DNA of 64,000 nucleotides from Nitrosopumilus sp. (GCA_965223425.1 OZ245003.1:1280001-1344000), one strand, 5' to 3'. Shown: positions 42,540 to 52,922, numbered from the stretch's first letter. Notes: a model not told the origin generated them from the letters alone. Numbers and translations: made by a program.

Positions 42540-43908
42540 CAGTAGTTCCCAGATGTAGATTTACCGCAACCGCAACCGGCATCGGTTCTACTTGCCTCGA
42601 TCATTGACAAACAACTCGTTTCTGCTTGTAATGTACACGATAAACAACGCCATGGTGAGTTTTTTTCCCGCAGAAGACACTCTTCCATGCCTCTTTCCCG
42701 CATCAAGGCAGAACCTGGCAATCCTCCACAGGTTGTACAGCAGCAGCGGCAGGTAAAACATCAGCAGCCTCACAGACAGGGAGTTGCTGCATGTCCTGCC
42801 CATGATCTCCTTTATGACGCGAAACCCCGTCTCGATGCCCCATCTCTTGCGGTACTGCTCCGGTATGATGCCTGTCATGGCTCTGGCGCTCCTGATGGGA
42901 ATGTTTGTTGCAAACGCAATGTATTGCTCCTCCCCCTCCTCTTCCCCCTCCCCCTTTTTCTTCTTCTTCCTGTCTCTTTTGACAATTACAAGGTTGTAGG
43001 TCACAGTTACGCCGTCTTTGTTGGTCATTGACTGCTGCGATACCTGGCTTGCCTTTCCGTCCTTGTACATCTTGACTATCCTCTTGATCTTGGAGTTCAT
43101 GATGACAGGCATAATGTAGCGGCACCCGCCCTTTCCTGCCTCTGTCATGCAGTCAACGTTGTAAAAGGCGCGGTCGTACAGGAACACAGTCTTTGAGTGT
43201 GCGCCCCCTCTGAGGATTTTCGTGCGTGTTTTGGCTATAAAATCGGCCAGTTTTTCCTTTGCCGGTAGTAGCTTCGATTCCAGGACAATCTGCGAGGAGT
43301 CCCTGCCGACTCCGTGCACTGCGACATACGAGAGAAACGTGGATGTTCCTGCCCTTGGACGCGACTTTCTTGTATGCCCCTGCAGCTGCTCCCCATGGTA
43401 TGGTATGTCCGTAACGTCTATTGCAATGGCGTCGATGTCCTGCAGCATTCCTGTATGGCGGGCGTGCCGCACCGTGCGTGCTAATGTCTTTGCACACCAG
43501 GCCTGCACGTCTGCCGGTTTGACGCCACGGACTGCAGACATGACCAGGTCTGCATCAGGCGTACGTGCACCCGTGTCTTGAAGCCTGTTGTGCCGTACGA
43601 GGGATTCTACAAACGTGTTTCTCTCAGACGCCTTGATTAGCACGTCCAGTATGTCATTGCATCCGTATACGGCGTTGTGCCTCTCAGACATTGGCATGCC
43701 AAGCTTTTGAAACGACGAGCGCAGGATTTTAAACCGGTTTGATGTTATATTGTACTGGCGTGCGATCAGTTCGTCATGTAATTCGACTTTCATGACATAT
43801 TGCACGCCGTAGCCTAATCTGGATCTTTGCATTGCAGTTATGCGGTAACGCACCGGCATCTGGGCATAAACCTACATCTGGGCACAAATCTACATCTGGG
43901 AACTACTG
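42540..43908 (-). mobile_element. ISH3-like insertion sequence
   Basis: IR CAGTAGTTCCCAGATGTAGATTT at both ends; 4-bp TSD ATGT; three CATCTGGG subterminal repeats at 43857-43900. Confidence 0.9.
42588..43859 (-). CDS. ISH3-like DDE transposase
   Basis: 'AIDVTDIPYHG', 'YDRAFY', 'YRKRWGIETGFR'; true start may lie downstream. Confidence 0.9.
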   Translation of the reverse strand: MPVRYRITAMQRSRLGYGVQYVMKVELHDELIARQYNITSNRFKILRSSFQKLGMPMSERHNAVYGCNDILDVLIKASERNTFVESLVRHNRLQDTGARTPDADLVMSAVRGVKPADVQAWCAKTLARTVRHARHTGMLQDIDAIAIDVTDIPYHGEQLQGHTRKSRPRAGTSTFLSYVAVHGVGRDSSQIVLESKLLPAKEKLADFIAKTRTKILRGGAHSKTVFLYDRAFYNVDCMTEAGKGGCRYIMPVIMNSKIKRIVKMYKDGKASQVSQQSMTNKDGVTVTYNLVIVKRDRKKKKKGEGEEEGEEQYIAFATNIPIRSARAMTGIIPEQYRKRWGIETGFRVIKEIMGRTCSNSLSVRLLMFYLPLLLYNLWRIARFCLDAGKRHGRVSSAGKKLTMALFIVYITSRNELFVNDRGK

Positions 43909-44232
43909 ATGTCGTATTGTGACTTGTTCCTACTGTTTCTCCCATTATTGAATGCAATTATCACATTGTTTGGAATCTGACCTGAATAGATATTTTTTAT
44001 AAAAATTACGACTACCATATGATGGTTATCTCTTCCTCTTTTTGGTCTATATCCCATGTTATACATTAATGCTGTACCTGCTTGGAGCATGGCATTATAT
44101 GCAGTATTATGAGTAGTTTCTGCTAAATCTGGATCTGAAATTATTTTTTTGGAATTTCTTAAATCACGTTTTGCAATATCCATTTTATCTATAATCTGCT
44201 GAGAACTACTTGCAAATGGTTCTATTAATCCC

Positions 44233-45258
44233 TCACTTTGTAATTCGTTTAAACTCTTGCTCATCTCCTACCACCATAATCATCGGATTGTTTGTAATTT
44301 CTCTTAACAGAGGTATCCTATCTTTAGATTTCATCTTAAATTCTTTTTCTGTCCATAATGTATAATGAATTTCTCTTCCAATCCTTCTTTCAAGTTCTGC
44401 AACGGATTCCATTAAATCGCCTTCTACTATCGAACCTATTACAAGTAAATCAACATCACTCGCGTCTGTTTCTTCTCCTTTTGCAATTGAACCAAAAATT
44501 AACGCAAATTTTATTTTTTCTTTAGATAATTCTTTTTTAATTAATTCGCCTGCTAATTCATATTTCAGAAATATTTTTCTTAATTCGTTGTATATTGTGC
44601 TGTTTTTGTTTATTTTATATAATACTAGATTTCCCTGTTTACGTTTTTTAACCAAGCCCAAGGGAAATATGTTATCCATCTCTTTGTACACAGTTGATGG
44701 AGACATACTAATTCTTCTTGCAATTTCATTTAAATGAAATTCATTCATAGAATTTAAAAATAATAATTTTAAGATGAGAATTAACGTATTGGATCTAAAT
44801 AATCTATCCAATGAAGTTTGTACTTTGATCTGTGGTGTTTGTTTTTTAGCTGGAAATAAAACTTTTCTTTTTACTGAAAGTAATGCTTTACTTTGTTCAG
44901 GCTTTACAACTTCTCGTATCTTTTCATCAATAGATATTACACCAATTCCAAGATTCTTACATGCGTTGATCATGTTCTTTGTGATTGATTTTTTTGGCAA
45001 CGCAAGATATGAAAAATTCACTGCATTTTTAAGATGTAATGCTTGTCGTATGCCGCTTTCTATGTTGCCTCTGTTTCCTTTTATTTCCACTGCTGTGATT
45101 TTTCCATTATCTTGTACTGCAACTAGGTCTACCATTCTGCCTCTAATTTTGACATTGTTTTTTACGTCAAAGCCCTTCTTGGCAAAATACTCTCCTACTT
45201 TTGCTTCCAATAGTTTCCAAGACCTCAAAACCCTGATTTCCTGTGATTGGACAATCAT
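44233..45258 (-). CDS. PD-(D/E)XK nuclease-like + wHTH + minimal nucleotidyltransferase (MNT antitoxin) fusion
   Basis: 'VDLVA.....AVEIK' and 'GI.Q' N-domain; 'HLNEIARRI.MSPSTV' HTH; 'IFGSIAKG.....SDVDL' MNT. Confidence 0.8.
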   Translation of the reverse strand: MIVQSQEIRVLRSWKLLEAKVGEYFAKKGFDVKNNVKIRGRMVDLVAVQDNGKITAVEIKGNRGNIESGIRQALHLKNAVNFSYLALPKKSITKNMINACKNLGIGVISIDEKIREVVKPEQSKALLSVKRKVLFPAKKQTPQIKVQTSLDRLFRSNTLILILKLLFLNSMNEFHLNEIARRISMSPSTVYKEMDNIFPLGLVKKRKQGNLVLYKINKNSTIYNELRKIFLKYELAGELIKKELSKEKIKFALIFGSIAKGEETDASDVDLLVIGSIVEGDLMESVAELERRIGREIHYTLWTEKEFKMKSKDRIPLLREITNNPMIMVVGDEQEFKRITK

Positions 45259-45307
45259 TTCTTAATAGGAAATATGGTTTTCTAGTATTTATAATTTTGT
45301 AGAAACT

Positions 45308-46598
45308 GGTTCTGTGAAGTTATCGGGAGTTACATGTCAATTCCCAAAATGTACAAGCCTCCAAACCGCAAGATATTCGCTGAAGGCGATAAAGCCAATA
45401 TCACAGAAATATGCGCCGAACTCTGACCTAATGGATATGGCGGCTACATTCACAAAGATGGCCAATCATTGCATCAAGATAGGGTTGAAAGAAGACACTC
45501 ACAATATGAAGAGGCTGTCCATGTTATGTTATCACGAATTACGTAACTATGACATTTTATCGTCATACAAGATATGTGCAATATCAAGAGCTGCAGGCAT
45601 ATTATCAAACAGAAAACAATCAGTCAAACGAGGTGTCAGAATAAGAGACCCAATAGTCAAAAATCCCTTTATGACAAACTGTTACGGCATAAAACACAAC
45701 GGTGCACTACTAACAATCCCATACAAGAAGCATAACCCAATCAACATTTTACTCAACGATCACGCCCAAAAAATCCTGTCTGATCCCGCCCTGACGGTGC
45801 GCTCGTTTTCACTGACTGCCCTCAACATCAGTCTTTGTGTTTCAAAAAAAGTACAAGAGATAGAGTGCACCAAGAAAGTTGGAATAGACAGAAACCTAAG
45901 AAATGTGACGTGTGGGAGCGAGGAAGGGGTGACAGTCTACAAGACAAACAAACTGTTATCCATAAAGGAGAACACAGTACACGCCAGGGCAGGCTTCCAC
46001 AGAAATGACCGCAGGAAGAAAAATCAGTTCTGCAAGGAAAAACAGAGAAGACTGACTGACAGAACAAAGCAGTACATCCACAGAATATCAAAGGATATTG
46101 TGGATAATGCCGTCAAAGAAAAGGCTGCAATCGTTCTAGAAAACCTGAAAGGAGTTAGAAAACTCTACAAAAAAGGAAATGGTCAGGGCAGCAAGTACAG
46201 GCGCAGATTGAACGGGTGGCAATTCTACGAGCTGCAACGCCAAATAGAATACAAAGCCCGATGGGTCGGGCTCCCGCCAGTCGAGACAGTAGACCCAAGA
46301 AACACGAGCACGCAGTGTCCGCAATGCGGAAAGAGACTCCAAGAGGACATGCAACAGCATCGTAAACTGTCGTGTAATAATTGCGGTTTGTTTATGGACA
46401 GGGATATTGTCGCTGCCATGAACAACATATCACGCAAGCTGCCCCCTAGGTTTAGGGGCAGTAGAGATGACATATGTGAAGCGCAGTCCGGCACTTTTGA
46501 GCCGGCGATGACGGAATCCGGCACACCATTGGCAATCCGAATAGTCGATATGTCAAAGTCGAGTTATAGGGGTTAACTCCCGATAACTTCACAGAACC
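45308..46598 (+). mobile_element. TIR-bounded non-autonomous element carrying only tnpB
   Basis: Perfect 25-bp IR GGTTCTGTGAAGTTATCGGGAGTTA at 45308-45332 and 46574-46598; no TSD seen. Confidence 0.8.
45314..46576 (+). CDS. tnpB: TnpB RNA-guided RuvC endonuclease
   Basis: RuvC-I 'VGIDRN', RuvC-II 'IVLENL', CPQC...CNNC zinc finger, RuvC-III 'MDRD.VAAMN'; true start probably a little downstream. Confidence 0.9.
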   Translation: MKLSGVTCQFPKCTSLQTARYSLKAIKPISQKYAPNSDLMDMAATFTKMANHCIKIGLKEDTHNMKRLSMLCYHELRNYDILSSYKICAISRAAGILSNRKQSVKRGVRIRDPIVKNPFMTNCYGIKHNGALLTIPYKKHNPINILLNDHAQKILSDPALTVRSFSLTALNISLCVSKKVQEIECTKKVGIDRNLRNVTCGSEEGVTVYKTNKLLSIKENTVHARAGFHRNDRRKKNQFCKEKQRRLTDRTKQYIHRISKDIVDNAVKEKAAIVLENLKGVRKLYKKGNGQGSKYRRRLNGWQFYELQRQIEYKARWVGLPPVETVDPRNTSTQCPQCGKRLQEDMQQHRKLSCNNCGLFMDRDIVAAMNNISRKLPPRFRGSRDDICEAQSGTFEPAMTESGTPLAIRIVDMSKSSYRG

Positions 46599-47690
46599 TT
46601 ATGTTACTATCTCATCAAGGCGGTCTTCTTCCTGGGCTTGCCTAATCTCCATCGCAATTCTTCTACCTACGCCAAAGGTTTTACCGTATTGATATTTTGT
46701 ATAAGGGCTTGTAGTTGCAACTATCGGATTTCCAGGAACTCTTAATGACACATCATATACGATTAGCTCCAAATCTTTTGTAATCACGCTCTGCAACGAG
46801 AATGGGCCAATAATGCCTGGCGCATACTCTCTTCTGACTGCTGCCACAAACCTGTCCCCCATTTTGATCACTTTTTCAAGCAGTGACTCTCTGATACTTG
46901 CAGGCGTGTGACCTACTTCTATATTTTGTAGATCCACGTCGATGTCTAATTGCTGCCTTGCAGGTAATGCATTGTAATCATGAATGTTTGTTTGCAACCT
47001 TCTTTCTATCCCGATGAAATCCACCTGGTCTGAAATTGGCGTGTGAAAGAAATTAAAATTCATGTACGTCCCTACCGCCAGTTCTTCTATACTTGATTTT
47101 TCTAAATCTTTTTTTGAGATAATGCCTTGCTTGATTTTTGCTGCTGATTTTTCCTTGTAATCCTTGTAAGACGAAACTGTAAAAAATGCCCTCTCCAAGG
47201 GCCTATTTTTTTCTTGAACCTTTACAATACAAGGCCTGTTGATTCTCTTTGGATCCTTGAACAGCTTGGGGTATTTTATTCTGGCTTTTTCTAAAAGATA
47301 ATACTGCCCTTTTTTTGCAGTTCTTTCTTCTGCTTGAAACAGACGTCTATTTCCAAAAATTGGCACTTTGAATGTGTTTTCTATTGTCTTGTATCCGAGA
47401 TAAACGGTAAGTGATCTGTGTGGAACTATGATTGTGTTTGACTCCCGCAGTTTTTTTTGAATTTTGGCCAAAGCCATGTCTTTGAATTTGTCAAGTACTA
47501 CGATCTCATCTGCAATTCTCTTGAATCTTTGATATGGCCCCTCTCTTCCTTTTTGGCAAAATACTGTGGTTTGAAAGTCCTCATCTTTTGCCCCGTCCAT
47601 TACTTCTAATGCCGAATGACTGCCAAGAACCCCAATTTTTACGTCCGAATAATCGTTGACTATCTTCTTAATCTCAGAGCTTTTAATCAT
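46599..47690 (-). CDS. purP: second PurP-family ATP-grasp protein
   Basis: 'GVLGSHSALEVMDGAKDE', 'GPFSLQ', 'YDVSLRVPG'. Confidence 0.85.
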   Translation of the reverse strand: MIKSSEIKKIVNDYSDVKIGVLGSHSALEVMDGAKDEDFQTTVFCQKGREGPYQRFKRIADEIVVLDKFKDMALAKIQKKLRESNTIIVPHRSLTVYLGYKTIENTFKVPIFGNRRLFQAEERTAKKGQYYLLEKARIKYPKLFKDPKRINRPCIVKVQEKNRPLERAFFTVSSYKDYKEKSAAKIKQGIISKKDLEKSSIEELAVGTYMNFNFFHTPISDQVDFIGIERRLQTNIHDYNALPARQQLDIDVDLQNIEVGHTPASIRESLLEKVIKMGDRFVAAVRREYAPGIIGPFSLQSVITKDLELIVYDVSLRVPGNPIVATTSPYTKYQYGKTFGVGRRIAMEIRQAQEEDRLDEIVT

Positions 47691-47786
47691 AATATGCTTA
47701 GGTTATGGGATCTAATATAGCTAATTTTCAATTTAGAGATCGGTAAAAATCACAAGATTTTTTTTAATTGGCATCTGATATTTGGT

Positions 47787-47939
47787 ATGCTTTATCATTT
47801 CGAGTTACAGATGGCAGGAGTGATTCTTTTGACTGCAATGGCCGCAGGTGGGATTTCTTTGTGGCTTAAACGAAGAAGAATTAGAAAAGAGCTAGAAGAA
47901 GATGATGCTGCTAAAAGCGATGAGGCACAAAACCCATAG
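47787..47939 (+). CDS. 50-aa single-TM microprotein
   Basis: Manual translation MLYHFELQMAGVILLTAMAAGGISLWLKRRRIRKELEEDD... Confidence 0.55.
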   Translation: MLYHFELQMAGVILLTAMAAGGISLWLKRRRIRKELEEDDAAKSDEAQNP

Positions 47940-47991
47940 TGCTAAAAATTCATCCATCTAATAGATAAAATACCGCAAGTTCCAAGATTAA

Positions 47992-48552
47992 TTGTTGAAA
48001 CTAATCATCGGTATTACTGGCAGCACTGGAGCAATTTATGGAATTAGAATGTTGGAGACTTTGAAAAAACTCGATGTTGAAACCCATTTGATAATGTCAG
48101 AGTGGGCCGAAAAATGCATCTCGATGGAGACAGAGTTTACACCTGATTATGTAAAATCACTTGCGACTAGCGTCTCAGATGAAAAAAACATGGCATCAAG
48201 TGTCTCAAGTGGCACTCATAGAGTTGATGGAATGGTTGTTGCGCCTTGTAGCATGAAAACGTTATCTGCAATTGCAAATGGATATGATGACACGTTAATT
48301 GCAAGGGCTGCAGGAGTCACAATAAAAGAATCTAGAAAACTAATTTTAATGGTAAGGGAAACGCCCCTTTCTGCAATTCATTTAGAGAACATGTTGAAAC
48401 TATCTAGACTGGGAACGGTGATTTTGCCTCCTGTAACGGAATTTTACACAAAACCCAAATCAATTGATGATATAGTTAATCATGGGGTGGGAAAATGCTT
48501 GGACCAATTTGACATAGAGCACGATTTATACCCTAGATGGGGCACTCTCTGA
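47992..48552 (+). CDS. ubiX: flavin prenyltransferase
   Basis: 'GITGSTGAIYG', 'APCSMKTL', 'RETPL..IHLENM'. Confidence 0.92.
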   Translation: MLKLIIGITGSTGAIYGIRMLETLKKLDVETHLIMSEWAEKCISMETEFTPDYVKSLATSVSDEKNMASSVSSGTHRVDGMVVAPCSMKTLSAIANGYDDTLIARAAGVTIKESRKLILMVRETPLSAIHLENMLKLSRLGTVILPPVTEFYTKPKSIDDIVNHGVGKCLDQFDIEHDLYPRWGTL

Positions 48553-48558
48553 CTTGCC

Positions 48559-48987
48559 GTGTCCAAGTTCTCTATAGAAAAAACAGTCAAGGCAAAAAGA
48601 GAAGCTGTTTTTGAAATACTATCCAACTACAAAAATTATCAGAGACTGGTCCCTCAGCACTTTTCATCAATCCGCATGCGCTCGGTTCGAGGAAATGTTT
48701 CTGTAGTGGAGGAGCATATGAATCTTGGAAAGCAAGAACTTGTAATTATGGCCAAGCATGTTACAAAGAGACCTGTCTTACATGAGGTTTTTGTCATTGG
48801 GGGGGATGTCAGGGGAAGCCGCATCAAACAGCAGTTTCTTGACATTCCAGAAGGAACAAAAGTCATAGTTGATGTGGACTTGAAGCTAAAAGGCAAAATG
48901 AAAGTGTCAAATTTGCTTGGAAAAAATGCCTTTGAGCAAGATTATGCCAACATTTTAGGTGATTTTTTGAAAATTGCTGAAAGCTAG
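48559..48987 (+). CDS. SRPBCC/polyketide cyclase family protein
   Basis: 'VKA.REAVF....NY.NY...P' START-like N-terminus. Confidence 0.75.
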   Translation: MSKFSIEKTVKAKREAVFEILSNYKNYQRLVPQHFSSIRMRSVRGNVSVVEEHMNLGKQELVIMAKHVTKRPVLHEVFVIGGDVRGSRIKQQFLDIPEGTKVIVDVDLKLKGKMKVSNLLGKNAFEQDYANILGDFLKIAES

Positions 48988-49190
48988 TCTGATTTTGCCT
49001 CTTTGTCTTTAAAGTCCTTGAGCTCTTTTTCTCCTTCGATCTTGCCTTTTTCAAACTCCCCTTTGGCCTTGCCAAATGTTTTTGCAAGTTCTGGAATCTT
49101 TTTTGCGCCAAAAATTAGAACAACTGCAATAATTATGATGAAAATCCATTCTTGGCCTGCGATGAAATTGGCCAAACCCATTCCAAACAT
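48984..49190 (-). CDS. tatA: Tat translocase subunit A
   Basis: 'EW.........LIFGAKKIPELAK.FGKA..EF'. Confidence 0.92.
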   Translation of the reverse strand: MFGMGLANFIAGQEWIFIIIIAVVLIFGAKKIPELAKTFGKAKGEFEKGKIEGEKELKDFKDKEAKSD

Positions 49191-49217
49191 TATGTACCTA
49201 CTTGATCAAATTTGGAT

Positions 49218-50039
49218 TTAAGTGTTCAACTTTTTGCGTTCTTTACGCTCAATGATTATCATGCCTGTCGCATACAATGCAATCATCGGACCTGCAATAA
49301 ACCACATTGTAACCCCGCTTCCATCCGGTGTGATAACTGCGCCAAAGACGACAATTGCCACAATGGCATATCTGATGTTTTTTCTCCAAAAGTCCGAACC
49401 TGCCATTCCTGATTCAGATACTGCATACATGACAAGTGGAAGTTGAAATGAAAATCCAAACGCCAGCAAAAACTGCAAGACAAACGTAACAAAATCCATT
49501 ATGTTTAGAAAAGTTATCAGTCCTGCTGATTCCCCATATCTGTACAAAAACTCTAAAATGTATGGGATTACAAAATTATGCGAAAAAACACAACCTGCAA
49601 TAAACAGCCCTAATGCTGGCAGTGTGATGCTTCTGCTGACATTGATTTCATTTTCTTTTAATGCCGGTTTGATAAATCCAACTAATTCTTTGATGATAAC
49701 TGGCATCCCAACTACGATTCCGACAAGTGCTGCAATGTATACTTGGGCAAAGAAAGCCTGTCCTGGCGCTGTTTGAATCAGCTGAACGTCTTCGGGCACA
49801 AGGTTGGTTTTCATATGATTGGTAATCTGGGCTGCAATATTGTCAAGCGGCTCTGGTGTCAGATAGTATAATGTAGTTTGTCCTGTTTGGATTGGTTCAA
49901 TATGAAAGGTCAAAATAACTGCAGTAATGATGCCAATAACTAGTACTATTCTAAGTAGCCTCTTTCTTAACTCTTCAAAATGTCTGTTGATTCCTTCCAA
50001 TTCTGACATTGAACATCTTTGCGTTTTAACTATATCCAT
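49218..50039 (-). CDS. tatC: Tat translocase subunit C
   Basis: 'HFEELRKRL', 'PAL..NE', 'FQLP', 'ITPDGS'. Confidence 0.92.
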   Translation of the reverse strand: MDIVKTQRCSMSELEGINRHFEELRKRLLRIVLVIGIITAVILTFHIEPIQTGQTTLYYLTPEPLDNIAAQITNHMKTNLVPEDVQLIQTAPGQAFFAQVYIAALVGIVVGMPVIIKELVGFIKPALKENEINVSRSITLPALGLFIAGCVFSHNFVIPYILEFLYRYGESAGLITFLNIMDFVTFVLQFLLAFGFSFQLPLVMYAVSESGMAGSDFWRKNIRYAIVAIVVFGAVITPDGSGVTMWFIAGPMIALYATGMIIIERKERKKLNT

Positions 50040-50506
50040 TATGTGGGAATCGGCAATAGTTTTGCTTCTGGCAGTCCTGCCTCTTTGAGTTGTTCAGCAG
50101 TTAAATCTTCAAACTCTAGAGAAATAACGGCCTTGGTGCTAAATTTTGTTTCCATCTCTTTTGCCAAACCCCCGATATCTCTGCTGGCGTAGATTTCTTT
50201 CGAGTCCTTTAGGAAAATTCTTTCCCCCTTTTCCATCTCTTTGCCATTGAATTTTCCTTTCAAAAAACTAGTAATTGATGGAAGTTCGTTTCTGTCAATG
50301 TTGTTATGAAAATAGCATATGCCTTTTACTGATTCATAATCATATGCAGTCCCATGCCTGTACATGAAGACTCCGATAAAACGAGCCTCCTCCTCTGGCT
50401 CTCTGACGCATTTAATCTCCCAGTTTAGCAATTTACTTTCATCGTATGCAAAGCCGTCCATCTCATCTGATGTGATCTTCCAATATCTTGATCTGCCTTT
50501 TGCCAT
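50039..50506 (-). CDS. hypothetical protein
   Basis: 155-aa ORF upstream of tatC. Confidence 0.7.
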   Translation of the reverse strand: MAKGRSRYWKITSDEMDGFAYDESKLLNWEIKCVREPEEEARFIGVFMYRHGTAYDYESVKGICYFHNNIDRNELPSITSFLKGKFNGKEMEKGERIFLKDSKEIYASRDIGGLAKEMETKFSTKAVISLEFEDLTAEQLKEAGLPEAKLLPIPT

Positions 50507-50605
50507 TATGTACTAACATGGAATATTCTGGTATAAATTCCAATGTCTATACACTACTAGTCAAATTCGATGATTGCTTTTATAATAAACTCGCGCATTC
50601 ATTTC

Positions 50606-50761
50606 ATGGGAAACAGAATTACTGTCGTATTAAGCTCTGCTAACGTCGAAAAACTTCGCAATATCCAAGCAAAAATGATAAGAACCTCCCCAAAATCTAT
50701 TAGCTTCTCACACGTATTGAATTTAGTTGTGAGTGAGGGCTTGAAGAAAACCAAAGCTTGA
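50606..50761 (+). CDS. small putative ribbon-helix-helix DNA-binding protein
   Basis: MGNRITVVL....EKLR.IQA......SISFS.VLN. Confidence 0.55.
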   Translation: MGNRITVVLSSANVEKLRNIQAKMIRTSPKSISFSHVLNLVVSEGLKKTKA

Positions 50762-51035
50762 TGCAGAAATTAAAACCATTTGGATTGCCTCTATTTCTAA
50801 CTGTTCAGACCCGTTAAATTATATCAGTAATCGGTTCGGGGCCGGCAATATCTAAACAACACAAGTCCTCCGAACCGAGTACCTAACGAATATTTCAAAA
50901 TAAGTATTAAAGCGCGTGTTTCAAGTGCACTGAACTCTTCGGGACGTTTCACAATTTTTGTCCCTAGAAAAAACCAAATCGTTCGAAGATCCAAGTGCAT
51001 TATATCTGGCTCTGTCAAATCTACGGTTTGTATTA

Positions 51036-52104
51036 GATGAGTTGCGCAATTACAATCAAAATCCCATCTTTCACTCGATAGTTTTTGATTTTATGGAATC
51101 ACAACAAGCTCTTGCTTCCACCGTATCTTGAAATTAACAATTCCGCAGACTATCTCGCTAATGGTGTCATAACGACGCAATCTGTTCCTAAATGTATATG
51201 CGCTGATTCTGAATTTCTTGATTTGTGCAATGACATGCTCTCTATCCTGATTCTAACTTTAGCTTGAGATTTGTTCCACTCTTTCTGAGAATCAGTTAGC
51301 TTTCTTCCTTTCTTTTTTCTGTATGGCAAAATGCTGGTCTGTTTTGGAAGGTCCTTTTCAATCCCCAAATATCCGAGGCCATAAAAGCTTAACAGCTCTT
51401 CAGACAGTGTCGGATGTTTTGATTTGTAAATTTTGTAACCGTGGCGACATCCGGGTGAATGTGCAGGTTTGTGAATTATGACTCCGTCAAGGTTTATCGT
51501 AATCTGGTTTTGTACTGTGTGGTTTTTCTTTTTGCCTGAATAGTGTGTCTTACGTTTGCGCTTGTTTTTTGACCTCGGTATTGGCTGCTCCGTACCGCCT
51601 GTGATTGCAATTAGTTCCGGGAAGAACTCTTGGAGCTGCTGCATGCCGCTGATCTTTTTTGAATCTGCATACTTTTTGGCGGGAATTGGGATTGACTGCT
51701 TTACTGCGGGCTCCAAATATCTGATATCCCGCACCACATTTGACTTGTTCAGATCAAATATCATTCCCGACACATCATGTGTTGTGTACATTCTGTAGTG
51801 CATTGACAGCATCAGAACTCTGTCTTTGATTGGTAGATCAAATTGTGTCCTGCACCAATGTCTCTTTTTCTTTTCTTTTCTGATAGACGTCTTGCTTCTG
51901 TAGTTTTGTATTTTTTTTGTATTTCTTTTGACAAGGAATCAAATTGTGGAACAGTCAGTCCTGTTATTGACAGGAATTGTTTTGGTCTTTTTGCTAGTTT
52001 CGTGTGATTGAACATGAATTGAAAATGGTTGTTTCTTAGCTTTGGATCTTGTTGTTAGGAAATATTGAGATTATACTCAAACTGAATCAATTGCGCAACT
52101 CATC
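51036..52104 (-). mobile_element. IS5-like (ISL2 type) element with frameshifted transposase
   Basis: Perfect IR TAGATGAGTTGCGCAATT (51034-51051 and 52089-52106); 'SITGLTV..FD' and 'YSGKKK'; catalytic D positions appear as G. Confidence 0.85.
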
Positions 52105-52233
52105 TAGTATTTGTGATATGGAACTGGTATCATATCAATACGAACTGTCTAATTTTACTGGAGATTATGTAGATGCAGAAATACACACTCATGATATTTT
52201 TAAAAGCAGAGAAGATTTTGTACATATTACATT

Positions 52234-52527
52234 GTAACAGCTCGCGTTTTTGAAGCGATTTGAGGCAGTACATAGTCTGTTGCATAACCATGCCCTAAAC
52301 TAGTAAAAACAACGAGGATTTTTGTACTTGAAATTGAAGTTATGTAACAGACTAACAAGCAGTACACATCTGACTAACAAGCAGTACACATCTGCAGGAT
52401 CGTCGGGTCTTCTTCTGTGGTTTTGAATCAGGACGCCATCACATGACTGACGGAATTCCCTGATGACGAACTGGGATCTTTGATGTCAGTAGGACTTCTA
52501 GGCAACTTCAAAAACGCGATCAGTTAC
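52234..52527. mobile_element. MITE or internally deleted element with IS66-type ends
   Basis: IRs GTAACAGCTCGCGTTTTTGAAG / GTAACTGATCGCGTTTTTGAAG; no long ORF; internal 22-nt tandem duplication 52350-52393. Confidence 0.7.
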
Positions 52528-52600
52528 GATTTTGTGCTTTTTGGGTCAACTGTAAAACGACATAATATTCATATATGTTATGATATATCATGATATATCA

Positions 52601-52834
52601 ATGTCCATAACAACGATAAGGATAACCTCAGAGATCAAAAACGAGATAGCAAACAGGGCAAATTTTCCAGGCGAGACGATGGAGTCCATCCTAAAAAGAA
52701 TGCTTGAGCACTATGACATGGATCTTTACCTAAATAAGGAAGAGGTCAAGACAGTACAAAAAGGACTAGATGACATCAAAGCCGGACAGACAGTATCAAG
52801 CAGTGAACTCCGCAAAAAGCTGGGTCTCAAATAA
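52601..52834 (+). CDS. putative antitoxin (DNA-binding N-terminus)
   Basis: 'ITTIRI...IK.E........ETMESIL.R' ... 'GLDDIKAG.TVS..EL.KKLG'; coupled to relE. Confidence 0.75.
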   Translation: MSITTIRITSEIKNEIANRANFPGETMESILKRMLEHYDMDLYLNKEEVKTVQKGLDDIKAGQTVSSSELRKKLGLK

Positions 52835-52922
52835 TGTCTTGGAATGTGAGGTATTCAAATGAATCCATGTGTTTTCTAGAAAAGTTGATGGGCAGAAACC
52901 CCAACGATGTGCAGGCTATAGT

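Larger units (their letters stand above)
42439..44264 (-). pseudogene. HEPN toxin gene split by an ISH3-like element
   Basis: N-part ends ...RNSRNKSQYD; resumes below 42540 as MAGTISHTQAQNMVKHTEDFVKAAGQILEIPV* in frame. Confidence 0.85.

Noticed and set aside
52118-52233. Fragment 'EIHTHDIF' resembling DUF3800 between two mobile elements
   Set aside because: Too short to assign with confidence.
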